Origin: Nitrospirota bacterium
GTDB taxonomy: Bacteria > Nitrospirota > UBA9217
Reading direction: 5' to 3'
NCBI GenBank assembly: GCA_963754875.1
Contig: CAVWHO010000019.1
Location: forward strand, 1 to 64,000
DNA length: 64,000 nt
Made by a program: the position numbers and the translations under genes. Shown here one piece after another: positions 10,137 through 19,992 of the stretch (positions within the stretch are counted from its first letter, which is position 1; every line of letters begins with the position of its first letter). The notes beneath the pieces are model-generated. The model searched no databases and had not been told where the DNA came from. It worked only from the letters and a program-made list of their open reading frames with translations.

Positions 10137-11465
10137 TTAGCGCTGCTGCCAGCCATGCGAGTGTGAACCGATGATCCACGCCCATTGCAGATAAACAGCA
10201 TCATCAGGGCGCAGGCCCGTCGAGACATTGTTGTCGGTGTGCGTGTATTGAAGGCGCAGCTGGTTCCAGTGGCTCGTGGCCCAGGTTATGTTTGCGGATT
10301 CCGCGGAGGTTTTAGCCTGTTTGTTTGCCAGGTTCTCCAGCCGTTCATATTGAACTCCGCCTGACCATTGCCGATGCCACCTGTAAATGAGATACGAGTA
10401 TAGTCCATGAGAGCTGACAGATTGCTGGGATACAGGTCCGCCTGCAGGACCCACGTCGTAACGATTGTCACTGTAGAGCACTTCCGTGCCCCAGGTGACG
10501 GCCTCGAACTGATTATCGCGAAGAGGTTTCCAGCTCAGCACCATATCCACTCCTGCAAGGCGCCTCTCCCGTTCGGTAAACGTATTCCCATCGAATAGAG
10601 GAAATGGGTTGCTGCCGTTAGCATTAAGCGCAGGGTCCCACTGCGCAACTGTCCTCGGATTCCACAGGCCTGAAATACCTGGTTCGAGCGATACATTGGG
10701 TGTCAGGTCGAAATACGTTGACAAACGGCCCCAATAGTTCAAGCCCTGTTCATTGCGGTTATCTCCGACGAAGTTCGGGGGATTGTCGCCGCCGAACTGA
10801 TCGCCCGCGCCGAGCGTCAAGCTGATATAGTGCTCGACCGGAACGAGCCAATTTACCTGCAGTCCGTCCGTTCTGGACTCACCACCGATGTATTGCGCGA
10901 GCACGAGCGGACGGTTCACAAAGGGCAGCTCATGATCGTGGATGTAGCCCAGGCGGCCGAACTCTCCGAAGAACCGGCCCGCCTTCACCTCCAGGTTCCC
11001 CGGCAGCGACGTCGTCTGGAGCGCGGCCTCTTCGATCCCCCAGCTTTCTTCACCGGTAACCGGATCGGCTGATCCGTTGACCACTATATAACCCTTTGTG
11101 AACGGATCAATTGACGCTGCCGCATTTAGTTCCACCGAACGTTGAAATACATCAATCCCGCCGGGCCGGTCGCTGCCCGTTTCCGCCTGCCCCCTGCTGC
11201 GATAGGAGAAGATTGTCTCACCTACAAGCCCGATAGCCGGGTTGAACTCGCTCGGCAGGGACTTCTTCTGCGCATCAACCACCTGATCGACAGTGTCTTT
11301 CAGTTCGTTGATGGTTTTTTGCTGTTCATCAATTGTTTGTTGCTGTTTTTTCAGCGTATCTTCAATCGTCCCATGGTTTTGGTCAGCGTCAGCGGCTACG
11401 GCCGATCCCGCAAGCAGAACGAGCGCGAGCATCCATATGGCGTAAAAAGAAATTATTTTTTTCAT
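10137..11465 (-). CDS. Outer-membrane porin/receptor-like protein linked to the metal ABC operon
   Basis: Signal peptide, coiled-coil N-terminus, FNPAIG, HDHELPF, beta-strands, C-terminal IGSHSHGW. Confidence 0.75.
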   Translation of the reverse strand: MKKIISFYAIWMLALVLLAGSAVAADADQNHGTIEDTLKKQQQTIDEQQKTINELKDTVDQVVDAQKKSLPSEFNPAIGLVGETIFSYRSRGQAETGSDRPGGIDVFQRSVELNAAASIDPFTKGYIVVNGSADPVTGEESWGIEEAALQTTSLPGNLEVKAGRFFGEFGRLGYIHDHELPFVNRPLVLAQYIGGESRTDGLQVNWLVPVEHYISLTLGAGDQFGGDNPPNFVGDNRNEQGLNYWGRLSTYFDLTPNVSLEPGISGLWNPRTVAQWDPALNANGSNPFPLFDGNTFTERERRLAGVDMVLSWKPLRDNQFEAVTWGTEVLYSDNRYDVGPAGGPVSQQSVSSHGLYSYLIYRWHRQWSGGVQYERLENLANKQAKTSAESANITWATSHWNQLRLQYTHTDNNVSTGLRPDDAVYLQWAWIIGSHSHGWQQR

Positions 11466-11616
11466 TATTCCTCCCTACAGAAAACAGCAATATACGATTG
11501 CATGCTTTAAGCATACCCGAAAAGCGCGCTTCTTCAACAGAAAGAGGACAATATCGAGCTTTTCTGTCATGCGTTTCTGTGCTTTTATAGAAGTTTTAGT
11601 TGATCAAAAAGAGAGG

Positions 11617-11886
11617 TTATGCCGGAGGGCCGCGAGTGCTGAGAGAAACGTCAAAGAGATTTTCGGTAAAAGCAGGAGCGGAAATAACAACGGTAGTTTC
11701 CGTTAAACAGGGGGTTGTGTCGAAAACAGCTATTGACTGGCTGGTTGCAGATTGATGATTGACTGCTATACAGATGGGACAGTCGTGGTCGTCCGCGGTA
11801 TTTTCGTGGTGATGTGAAACGGCCACAAACGTGGAAAGAAGGACGACGAGTATAAGAAAAAATGTAAAGCGTTTGTAACGGCCCAT
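11617..11886 (-). CDS. DUF2946-like short secreted leader protein (His-rich, CxxC, RGPP)
   Basis: MGRYKRF, hydrophobic helix, SHHHE, HDCPIC, C-terminal STRGPPA. RBS agagga. Confidence 0.75.
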   Translation of the reverse strand: MGRYKRFTFFLILVVLLSTFVAVSHHHENTADDHDCPICIAVNHQSATSQSIAVFDTTPCLTETTVVISAPAFTENLFDVSLSTRGPPA

Positions 11887-11910
11887 GGATCCTCTTTCTA
11901 ACATAAACAC

Positions 11911-11939
11911 AGAATAGCCTGTACTGATCAAATTGTCAA
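11911..11939 (-). promoter_or_regulatory. Sigma-70 promoter of the leader/porin/ABC operon
   Basis: Minus strand reads TTGACA-N17-TATTCT, ~25 nt before the leader ATG. Confidence 0.65.
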
Positions 11940-12058
11940 TAAGCCGTTTGCATCTTCCGAATGGAGATGCAGCTTCTTGATCACGTGGTACCCGGGTTCC
12001 GCAGCAGGGGAGCTCGTGCATATCAACAGGCTGGAAAAAAGGAATACGAGTGTTCTCA

Positions 12059-12538
12059 TCAGGGTGCTTCCTTATCCTTCATTGCGACAACAGAGATCGC
12101 CCCGTTGTTCTCCAGGATGGCGGTGTGCACCTCTGCGACGGATGAACAACCCGACCGACGAAGAGCCGCATTAAGCTCATGGTGCGTGAGTTGTGCTTTT
12201 GCCATTACGTCCCCGAACAGCGTTCCGTTGTGAATCAGTACCTGCGGTCGTCCCTCAACGATGGCCTCCAGGAACTTGTTCCGATGGGTTACCGTGCTCA
12301 CCAGGAAGTTCAGACCGATCAGCGTGGCCGCAGTGATGAGCCCTCCGATCAGGGAATTGTCGCCCGCATTCATCGAGTTTTGAACAGCATTTGCCAGCAC
12401 AAGAAGCAGGACAAGATCGAACGGCGCCAGTTGCCCTACTTGCCTCTTTCCCGTAATGCGCAGCAGCGCTAGAAGAAAGATATAAACTACCACACCTCTG
12501 AAAATCAGTTCCCACCAGGGGACAGCCATATTCAACAT
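12059..12538 (-). CDS. DUF421 (YetF-like) membrane protein
   Basis: GKRQVGQLAPFDLV, EGRPQVLIHNG, AILENNGAISV. Confidence 0.88.
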   Translation of the reverse strand: MLNMAVPWWELIFRGVVVYIFLLALLRITGKRQVGQLAPFDLVLLLVLANAVQNSMNAGDNSLIGGLITAATLIGLNFLVSTVTHRNKFLEAIVEGRPQVLIHNGTLFGDVMAKAQLTHHELNAALRRSGCSSVAEVHTAILENNGAISVVAMKDKEAP

Positions 12539-13112
12539 ACTTAAATCTTCTCCTTTGATGCGCTACGAAGGGCCATTGTCAATGTGACTCTAGTTTACAA
12601 AAATAAGTCTATGCTTATCACGAATTTTTGTCAACGAAATGCAACGTAACCGTCGGAAGGACGTGAGACCGAGCCCACGATGGCATCTCAGCATCATTTT
12701 TGGGCCACTTCTTTATCTTTATCATCGTCGTTTTTCTGCCCTACTCCCCGCTACAATACCCTGATGCGCTTTTCCCTCTGGGGAGCGGATCCTTTTCGAC
12801 GAGTTCGATATGATGTTCGGCAACGTTTAGCCTGTCGATGCTTGTTTCCGCAATGATAAATGTGATCTCAAACGGGATGAACCGCGCAGGCTACCGGGAA
12901 ATCGAGCAAAAAATAACATTTTGTTCAGGTGGCAGAGGTGCAGTCTTGTATTATTATAAAATGAGTTTAAATTTTTCCGTTGGTAAAGTGTATAATGATT
13001 CTATCCTGGAGTCGCGTAGATTCAGACCGTCTTTCTGAATTGACACCTCTCTTCGAGCAGTCTCAAGTACAGACATCCGTCAGAAACGACACCGATACCA
13101 GGAGGAGGCAGT

Positions 13113-13523
13113 ATGCTGGAAAAGAATTCGGCAGGTCAAAATATTGACTCCTATTGCGGCAAGTGCAAATTGAATCTCGATCATACCATCATGGCGATGG
13201 AGGGAGAGACGATCTCCAGGGTGAGATGTAAAAGCTGCGGCAGTTCTCACAAATTCCGGGGCCCTCTTGACGTTCAAAAAGTCCGGAAACCGAAAACGAA
13301 AAACGGCGTCGGAGAAGCAGCGACAGCGGAGATCGTTTGGGCGGCCGGTCTTGCAGAGGCAAAGGGCAGAGAGCGCGATTACAGTATGTCCTCAAAATAC
13401 CGCATAGGAGACATTGTCAATCATCAGACCTTCGGCAAGGGCATTGTAATGAAGCTCTACGCCAATAAGTGCGAGATGCTGTTCAAGGACAGGGAACGGC
13501 TGATGGTCTCGGCCAATGAATAG
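13113..13523 (+). CDS. Hypothetical protein: Zn ribbon plus C-terminal Tudor/SH3-like domain
   Basis: CGKC and CKSC pairs, GDIVNHQTFGKGIV. Strong RBS ggaggagg. Confidence 0.75.
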   Translation: MLEKNSAGQNIDSYCGKCKLNLDHTIMAMEGETISRVRCKSCGSSHKFRGPLDVQKVRKPKTKNGVGEAATAEIVWAAGLAEAKGRERDYSMSSKYRIGDIVNHQTFGKGIVMKLYANKCEMLFKDRERLMVSANE

Positions 13524-13575
13524 ACGCACCTGTGCTGTATCCGTTTAAATCAGATGCCCTGAATACATAACTGTC

Positions 13576-14076
13576 ATGAACGAGAACTCTTTACTAGTCC
13601 TCAAAAACCTTACGTACACCCTGTTTATAGCAGGCACCGTAACGGTCCTCGCACCGTACGTGCTCTTAACCCGCAATGCGACAGTCATGCCGTCATCATG
13701 GGGATTGCCGCAAATCCTCTCACTTGCCTTACTGTCGCTGGGCCTAGGGATCTATGTGCGATGCCTCTGGGATTTCGCCCACGCCGGCCGCGGCACGCCT
13801 TCTCCCTTTGAACCTCCGCGCATTCTGGTGGTTCGAGGACTTTACCTGAATGTCAGGAATCCACTGTACCTTGGCTACCTTGCGGTGCTCTTGGCGGAAT
13901 CAGCTTTTTTTGAGTCATGGGCTCTGATACGCTATGCGGCTGGTTATTTTCTTACTGTGCATTTGTTTGTTGTTTTTTATGAGGAACCTCACCTGGGCCA
14001 CCGGTTCGGCAAAGCATATGATAACTATCGGAAGAGCGTGAGAAGATGGGTCCCGGGGAGAAAAGCTCAAATTTGA
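13576..14076 (+). CDS. ICMT/PEMT-family membrane methyltransferase
   Basis: GRGTPSP, LVVRGLY..VRNPLYLG, YEEPHL, Y..Y...VRRW. Confidence 0.88.
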   Translation: MNENSLLVLKNLTYTLFIAGTVTVLAPYVLLTRNATVMPSSWGLPQILSLALLSLGLGIYVRCLWDFAHAGRGTPSPFEPPRILVVRGLYLNVRNPLYLGYLAVLLAESAFFESWALIRYAAGYFLTVHLFVVFYEEPHLGHRFGKAYDNYRKSVRRWVPGRKAQI

Positions 14077-14537
14077 TGGCGACCACTCCCGTCGCTCCGG
14101 TTTCTTCAGAAATAAGAGGGTGCCTGTGACGTAAAAAAAGCGAATCTATCTGGTTCCCCCAGTTCAGAAAGACCATAACCCTTCAAAAAAGATTATCTAA
14201 GTCGGTCCGGTTTCTTCCTCTTTCCTGCTTCCAAAACATGTTGAAAGGCAAGCATAATAAATAAGTACTAATATGGCATTAGCGAGAAGCACCCGATCAA
14301 AGAACCCAGGCGGCAGATTGATCTCCATGAACACCTTCAGAAATCCTCCGACGCGGTATCAAAGAGCATGCCCTGTACAATACGGAAAACTGCAAAAGTA
14401 CATTTTGTAATTGCGGCATAATAACATCCTTAAAACTGCTATAATACTATCGTGCGGCAACGAGGAACCGCTGCGCGAAAGGTTGCACAATTGCATTGCA
14501 ATCTCTGGTAATGCCGGGATGAACATCAGGTAAATTC

Positions 14538-15461
14538 ATGAAAATACTGCTTGCGACAGATGGGTCTCCGTACTCCGAATATGCGGCGCAATTCCTGACC
14601 CGCATCAATTTGTCCAAGGATGACGCCATAACCGTATTTCACGCCATCTTCGCGGTCCCGTTCCGAAATGATGAGAAGTTCCATTTCAGCACGCTCACAG
14701 CGATAAAAAAGGAGATCGCACCCCGGATCCTTGATTCCGCCCTTGCCATTTTAAAACCGGTGAAGGCGACGGTAAGCGTTCAAATTGACGAGTTTTCACC
14801 GAACCAGTGCACACCGGAGCGGTGCATCATTGACGCGGCCGAAGCGTCGGACATGGACATTATAGCAATGGGCGCGAAGGGAATAAAGGGAATTGCATCG
14901 GTCTTTCTCGGGAGCGTCACGAGGCTGGTCACCATCAAATCGACGAAACCGGTCCTCGTCGTAAAGCCTTCGGAACGAACACATTCCGATAGTTTGAAAA
15001 TCCTTTTTGCCACTGACGGCTCCGACTGTTCCCGGGACACGGGGGAGCTCTTATCGTCCCTGCCGTTTCCCGCTTCCACGGAAGTGACCATTGTCAACAT
15101 ACTATCGTCGGGCTTTTCAGACATCCCCGAACGCTTTGTGCTGGAGATCAACGATCGGATCAAGGAAGCTGTGGCCGGCAGGAGAGAGATTGAATTTGCG
15201 GAATCCGCACAGGTCCTCGAACAGTCGAGAAAAATCCTGAGTAAAACGTACAAACGAATCCATGTCCTGTCCAAAGTCGGCGACCCTTCGACGGAAATCC
15301 TGAAAGCCGGGGATGAAATGGGCGCCGATATAATTGCCGTGGGCAGCAGGGGAGCCAGGGGGATCGAGGGTTTACTGGGAAGCGTGTCAAGGAATATCCT
15401 CACCCATTCGAAATGCTCCGTCTTGGTCGGGAAACGCTCAAAAAAGAAAAAGAGTGATTGA
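14538..15461 (+). CDS. Tandem-domain universal stress protein
   Basis: Two KIL.ATDGS starts and two G..G...LGSV motifs. Confidence 0.92.
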   Translation: MKILLATDGSPYSEYAAQFLTRINLSKDDAITVFHAIFAVPFRNDEKFHFSTLTAIKKEIAPRILDSALAILKPVKATVSVQIDEFSPNQCTPERCIIDAAEASDMDIIAMGAKGIKGIASVFLGSVTRLVTIKSTKPVLVVKPSERTHSDSLKILFATDGSDCSRDTGELLSSLPFPASTEVTIVNILSSGFSDIPERFVLEINDRIKEAVAGRREIEFAESAQVLEQSRKILSKTYKRIHVLSKVGDPSTEILKAGDEMGADIIAVGSRGARGIEGLLGSVSRNILTHSKCSVLVGKRSKKKKSD

Positions 15462-15676
15462 TCCCGCAGCTGTGCCCCATGACATTGCACGAATACATAG
15501 AGACGTATGATATACTCTAAGGGGGTGCGTGTGCCTTGCCGGATGAGAGCCCCACACCCCAATGCAGCTTCAGAACTATGAGTTTGACAATACCGGTTAG
15601 GCCAATGACCGGGAGCAGATTCATATGATCGTTATCCCGCGCAATTGGGATAAAGAGGAGAAGCGAGTCATCAAAA

Positions 15677-16132
15677 ATGATATCCAGCGAAAAAACACAA
15701 GAGCTCCTCATGTGCTCTACGTCCGGGCCTTGTGAGAGTGCCAATGCGCAGCCCACCCCGTCCGAGTGCAACCGACTCCTGTTCATGGATGATGACGAGA
15801 TCGTGAGGGACGTGGCTTTGGCCATTCTCGGCTCCGCTGGTTTCAGAGTTTTGACTACGGAGACAGGCAATGAGACCCTCGAAGCCTTCCGAAAAGCGCG
15901 CGAGGAGAATGATCCTTTCAATGTTGTTCTTCTGGACCTCAACGTACCCGGCGGCATGGATGGGAAGGAAACAGCCCGGAGGCTGCGGGAGGTCGATCCG
16001 AACGTCAGGACCATCCTGGTGACCGGAAACACAGCTGATCCGGTTTTTACCGATTTCGCATCCCATGGTTTCTGTTATGCCGTGGCGAAGCCGTTCACGT
16101 CCTCACAACTGCTCCGGTCAGTGATCGCCTGA
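15677..16132 (+). CDS. Single-domain response regulator (receiver)
   Basis: FMDDD, LLDLNVPGGMDG, AKPF. Start codon uncertain. Confidence 0.8.
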   Translation: MISSEKTQELLMCSTSGPCESANAQPTPSECNRLLFMDDDEIVRDVALAILGSAGFRVLTTETGNETLEAFRKAREENDPFNVVLLDLNVPGGMDGKETARRLREVDPNVRTILVTGNTADPVFTDFASHGFCYAVAKPFTSSQLLRSVIA

Positions 16133-16331
16133 TCCGTCCAGCCCGAACTGCCCTTTCCGGTCAGAGCTGCAGTACCGGGACCTGGAACGCAAACCGACAA
16201 CACGTTAATTGTATGGAATCTGACTTCACGACTAAAATAGTTTCTATTTCGATATCGACTGAATTGTTAAATTGTTGTTTCAGTCGTATCTATGAACACA
16301 ATATATTCTCTAACAAAATGAGGTGGATGCT

Positions 16332-16670
16332 ATGACCGGATTTTTCAGGAGTTTCAAGCTTAAGGCGATCCTGGTCTCTATCTTGGCTTGCATCCTGACA
16401 GTACTGTACAGTTACTTTATAGCGGACACCATCCAGACGAGAATAACCGACGCACAAATGACAAAGGTGGACGGAAGGTTCATGATCGCCACCGAGGACC
16501 GGCCGTTTGTGAACGAAGATGTCTGGTACCGCCTCAAGTTTGATTCTGGTACGGTCCAGAACGATGCGATACGGTTAAAGGGAAAAATTGTAAAGATCAA
16601 AAAGTACGGCTGGAGAATACCTGTCCTCTCTCAATACGAGAATGTCGTGAGCATCAAAGAGGCGAAGTAG
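16332..16670 (+). CDS. Small membrane-anchored protein (DUF1523-like)
   Basis: N-terminal TM, FVNED...KFDS, YGWRIP.LS.Y.N. Confidence 0.65.
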   Translation: MTGFFRSFKLKAILVSILACILTVLYSYFIADTIQTRITDAQMTKVDGRFMIATEDRPFVNEDVWYRLKFDSGTVQNDAIRLKGKIVKIKKYGWRIPVLSQYENVVSIKEAK

Positions 16671-16918
16671 AAAGCTTATTGCCCGCGAGCAATAGCAATA
16701 TAAGTAGTAGTACGCTATTTTCTCTCATCAAATCCATCCATACTCAAACATCATTCACGCTATAATTAAGTATAAAACCCATGAGGAAATAGGAATTGCT
16801 GCGATTGTCCGCGCCCTGCCGCTGCCCGGATATAATCTACCACGGCAAAATCGTAATTCTGATACCCATGTGCTGACTGGACGACAGGCAGCCCGCAGCG
16901 AGAAAGGAAAATATCGCC

Positions 16919-17332
16919 ATGAGAACACCTCCCTGGATGGCGCCAGCAGTGCTTGCAATGGTCCTGTGGGGCGTCTGGGGATTATTTCAGAAACTCGCCA
17001 CGAACCAGATGCCGCCGCGGAATGTCTACTTCGTATCGGCCCTCGGAGCGGTCTCGGTCGTCCTCACCCTGCTTGCCACGAGCAAATTCCCGGTTGCCAT
17101 GAATTTCGAAGGCGCGTTTTTCGGAGTTCTTGCTGGCGTCTGCAGTTCGCTCGGAGGCTTGTTGTTCCTTCAGGCCATGAGCAGAGGCGAGGCCGCGATC
17201 GTAATCACTTTCACCGCGCTCTACCCGCTCGTTTCAATCATCCTCTCCTTCGTCCTTTTGCATGAAACGATCACAATGAAGCAGGGCATCGGCATAGTCC
17301 TGGCATTGTTTTCGATGGTGCTGTTAGCGTAA
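16919..17332 (+). CDS. EamA-family (single-domain) transporter
   Basis: WGVWGLFQK, ALYPLV, LHETIT..Q.IGI. Confidence 0.88.
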   Translation: MRTPPWMAPAVLAMVLWGVWGLFQKLATNQMPPRNVYFVSALGAVSVVLTLLATSKFPVAMNFEGAFFGVLAGVCSSLGGLLFLQAMSRGEAAIVITFTALYPLVSIILSFVLLHETITMKQGIGIVLALFSMVLLA

Positions 17333-17455
17333 AGTCGCCGTGAGAAAACTGTCTATTATCCCGTCTGTGGCCATTTTCGGTAAAGGGAATCGAGCTGGGC
17401 TGCATACAAAGTATGAGCTGCCGCATGATGGGATAAGGATCCTACTGAAGTCGCA

Positions 17456-17484
17456 TTGACAGTATGAATGCCTGGTGATAAATT
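17456..17484 (+). promoter_or_regulatory. Putative sigma-70 promoter
   Basis: TTGACA-N17-TAAATT upstream of the 17550 ORF. Confidence 0.45.
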
Positions 17485-17549
17485 GAAGAAGGGCGATATC
17501 GCCCTAAAAAGCCCATAGGGGCTATGATCGGAAGTGAAAGGAGATCACC

Positions 17550-17819
17550 ATGAAAAAATACGTGATCGAAGCTCCTCACACCAAGGAAGAGTGTCTGAGA
17601 GCTCTTGATGAGCAATTAGCAAAAGGACCGGAGATTTTAAAGCAGTTTAACTATGGCTGCATGGCAGGGGACCATACCGCATATGCCCTTGTGGATGCCA
17701 GGGACGAGAAAGAGGCCCGTAATCTGGTTCCCGCCTTCCTGCTTAACAAGGCACGGATCATCGAGGTAGGCATATTCACCCCTGAAGTGATCAAGTCACT
17801 TCATGCCAAAGCAGCGTAA
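17550..17819 (+). CDS. Small hypothetical protein with His/Cys motifs
   Basis: RBS aaggag, HTKEEC and GCMAGDH motifs, followed by its own terminator. Confidence 0.7.
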   Translation: MKKYVIEAPHTKEECLRALDEQLAKGPEILKQFNYGCMAGDHTAYALVDARDEKEARNLVPAFLLNKARIIEVGIFTPEVIKSLHAKAA

Positions 17820-17849
17820 CTTAGTTGAGGGCTTGCGAGGAGATTGAGG

Positions 17850-17885
17850 AGTCCGGATGGGAGAGCGCCCTATCCGGACTTTTTT
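17850..17885 (+). terminator. Intrinsic terminator
   Basis: agtccggatggg / cctatccggact stem followed by a T tract. Confidence 0.75.
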
Positions 17886-18044
17886 GTTCCGTCTGCCTCT
17901 CCGTTCAACGATTCCCTCAGTTCCATCAGGCAAAGTCCTTATCCGGCGGTGAGCTATCGTGAGCGTTCAGCGCATTTCTTGACACGTTCCCTGTGCGGTG
18001 TTAGGCTCAAAAAAAGGACACATCCTGTCCTGAGAGGAACGCTG

Positions 18045-19007
18045 ATGAGCGGCTGGGAAGAGAAAAAAATATCGAGACCGTCTTCTGATTATCCATTCAA
18101 AAGCCGATACGTTTTCGTCGGCGGATACCGGATCCACTACGTGGAGGCGGGTAAGGGAGAACCGGTGCTTTTTGTTCACGGGAATCCGACTTCCTCCTAC
18201 CTATGGAGGAATGTCATGCCGCGGGTTGCGCGCGATCTGGGGAGGAGAGGGATTGCCCTCGATTTGCTGGGTTTCGGCAAGTCGGACCAACGTGACGACG
18301 TGGGCTACACCGCTCGTCTGCATGCGGACATCGTAGAGGCATTCATCGAAAAGCTTGATCTCAAGAACCTCATTCTTGTGCTGCATGATTGGGGTGGGCC
18401 GCTCGGGGCCGCCTACGCGGTCAATCATCCCGGCAATGTCTCAGGAATTGCGCTTATGGAAACTTTTGTCTGGCCCTTCGTATGGAAGGACTTGGGGAGA
18501 TTTGCGCCGGTGTTTCGGCTGTTCCGCTCCCCGCTGGGTTATATCGTGATCCAGGTGATGAACGTCTTCGTGAACACCATTCTTCCCCGGTCCGTGCTCC
18601 ATAGGGAGAACATGTCGGAGGAAGTAATGCGACATTACCGGGAGCCGTTCCCGACCATCGGTTCGCGTAAAGCGATCAGGGCTTTTCCGAAGCTCCTGCC
18701 GATTGCGGGCCGGCCGGTGGAAAGCGACGCCCTTATCGAGGAAGTACAGAACAGGCTGCAGGGTGTGAAGTTTCCCATTCTGTGGATTAAAGCGACGCCC
18801 GGTGCCATTGTTTCGAAGGAAACGGAATACCACCTGCACATTCTCCAAAAGATGCTGCCACAGCTCATCATCAAAGATTTCGGGCCAGGTTTTCATTATC
18901 TGCAGGAAGACGATCCGGAGAGGATTGCAGATTTGATCACGGAGTGGGTGCGTCAATCCAAGCGGAGGAGCGGCGCCGCTCCAATGGAAGTCAATCGTGC
19001 CGCATGA
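18045..19007 (+). CDS. Haloalkane dehalogenase-like alpha/beta hydrolase
   Basis: HGNPTSSYLWR, nucleophile motif HDWGG, catalytic HYLQED. Confidence 0.88.
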   Translation: MSGWEEKKISRPSSDYPFKSRYVFVGGYRIHYVEAGKGEPVLFVHGNPTSSYLWRNVMPRVARDLGRRGIALDLLGFGKSDQRDDVGYTARLHADIVEAFIEKLDLKNLILVLHDWGGPLGAAYAVNHPGNVSGIALMETFVWPFVWKDLGRFAPVFRLFRSPLGYIVIQVMNVFVNTILPRSVLHRENMSEEVMRHYREPFPTIGSRKAIRAFPKLLPIAGRPVESDALIEEVQNRLQGVKFPILWIKATPGAIVSKETEYHLHILQKMLPQLIIKDFGPGFHYLQEDDPERIADLITEWVRQSKRRSGAAPMEVNRAA

Positions 19008-19080
19008 TTGTTGCCATGAAGCCCGACGACTTCACGGTCGGAAGATCATATCATTTAAATAAACAAAAAGGGGTACTGCC

Positions 19081-19953
19081 ATGACAGCAGAAATATTAAT
19101 AACCGGGGCAACCGGCAATACGGGCCTTCCGCTGGTGAAGCACCTTGCTTCTGCGGGTGTTCCCGTTCGGGCATTGATCCATTCACCGTCCAAGAAGTCC
19201 CTCGTAGAGCAGAAGAACGTGGAAATCATTGTAGGAGATTTTGCCATTGCCGGTTTGATCGAACGGGCACTTGAAGGTATTTCGCGGGCCTACCTGGTTT
19301 CGCCCGCATCCTTGAACCAGGTAAAATACCAAATCAATTTTGTGAACTCAGCGAAGATCATGGGAATCAAGCACCTTGTCAAGTTATCTGCATTCGGCAC
19401 AGCGCCGGATTCACCGGTGGGCCTGCTCCGTTGGCACGCCGAGATAGAAGAGTATATACGGCAATCAGGGATCAATTATACATTCTTTCACCCGCACTTT
19501 TTTATGGAAAACCTGCTGAGCCATAGCGCGTCCGTGATCAAGGAGGGGGCAATCTATTCGCCTCTGGGAGAGACGAAGGCCAGTATGATATCGGTTCAAG
19601 ACATTGCGGCGGCCGCGGCCGTGGTCCTCACCGATGGAGGACATGTGGGGAAAACCTATACCCTTACCGGTCCGGAAGCGCTGAACTTTAGCGAAATCGC
19701 CGGGATTCTGGGAGATATCATCGGAAAACCGGTCAAATACGTTCACGTCCCTTATCAGGCAGCAAAAGCCGGAATGACCAAGTCGGGCACGCCCGCATGG
19801 CTGGCCGAGGACATGGTCAGGCTCATGCAGTCCTGGGGCAACGGGAAAGGGAGTATCGTGAGCAATTATGTAGAAAAGCTGACGGGGAGAAAGCCCATTT
19901 CCCTGCAGGAGTTTTTTCTGAAGCACAGGAACAGGTTCCTGGCTGCTGCCTGA
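19081..19953 (+). CDS. NmrA-like/atypical SDR NAD(P)-binding oxidoreductase
   Basis: ITGATGNTG, ISVQDIA, YTLTGPEAL. Confidence 0.9.
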   Translation: MTAEILITGATGNTGLPLVKHLASAGVPVRALIHSPSKKSLVEQKNVEIIVGDFAIAGLIERALEGISRAYLVSPASLNQVKYQINFVNSAKIMGIKHLVKLSAFGTAPDSPVGLLRWHAEIEEYIRQSGINYTFFHPHFFMENLLSHSASVIKEGAIYSPLGETKASMISVQDIAAAAAVVLTDGGHVGKTYTLTGPEALNFSEIAGILGDIIGKPVKYVHVPYQAAKAGMTKSGTPAWLAEDMVRLMQSWGNGKGSIVSNYVEKLTGRKPISLQEFFLKHRNRFLAAA

Positions 19954-19992
19954 GGAGATCTGCAGTAATGTTGCTGCTCCTCAACAGCATTC

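Noticed and set aside
11466..11616. Cobalamin or NiCo riboswitch in the spacer ahead of the metal operon
   Set aside because: No B12-box or four-way-junction signature is recognisable.
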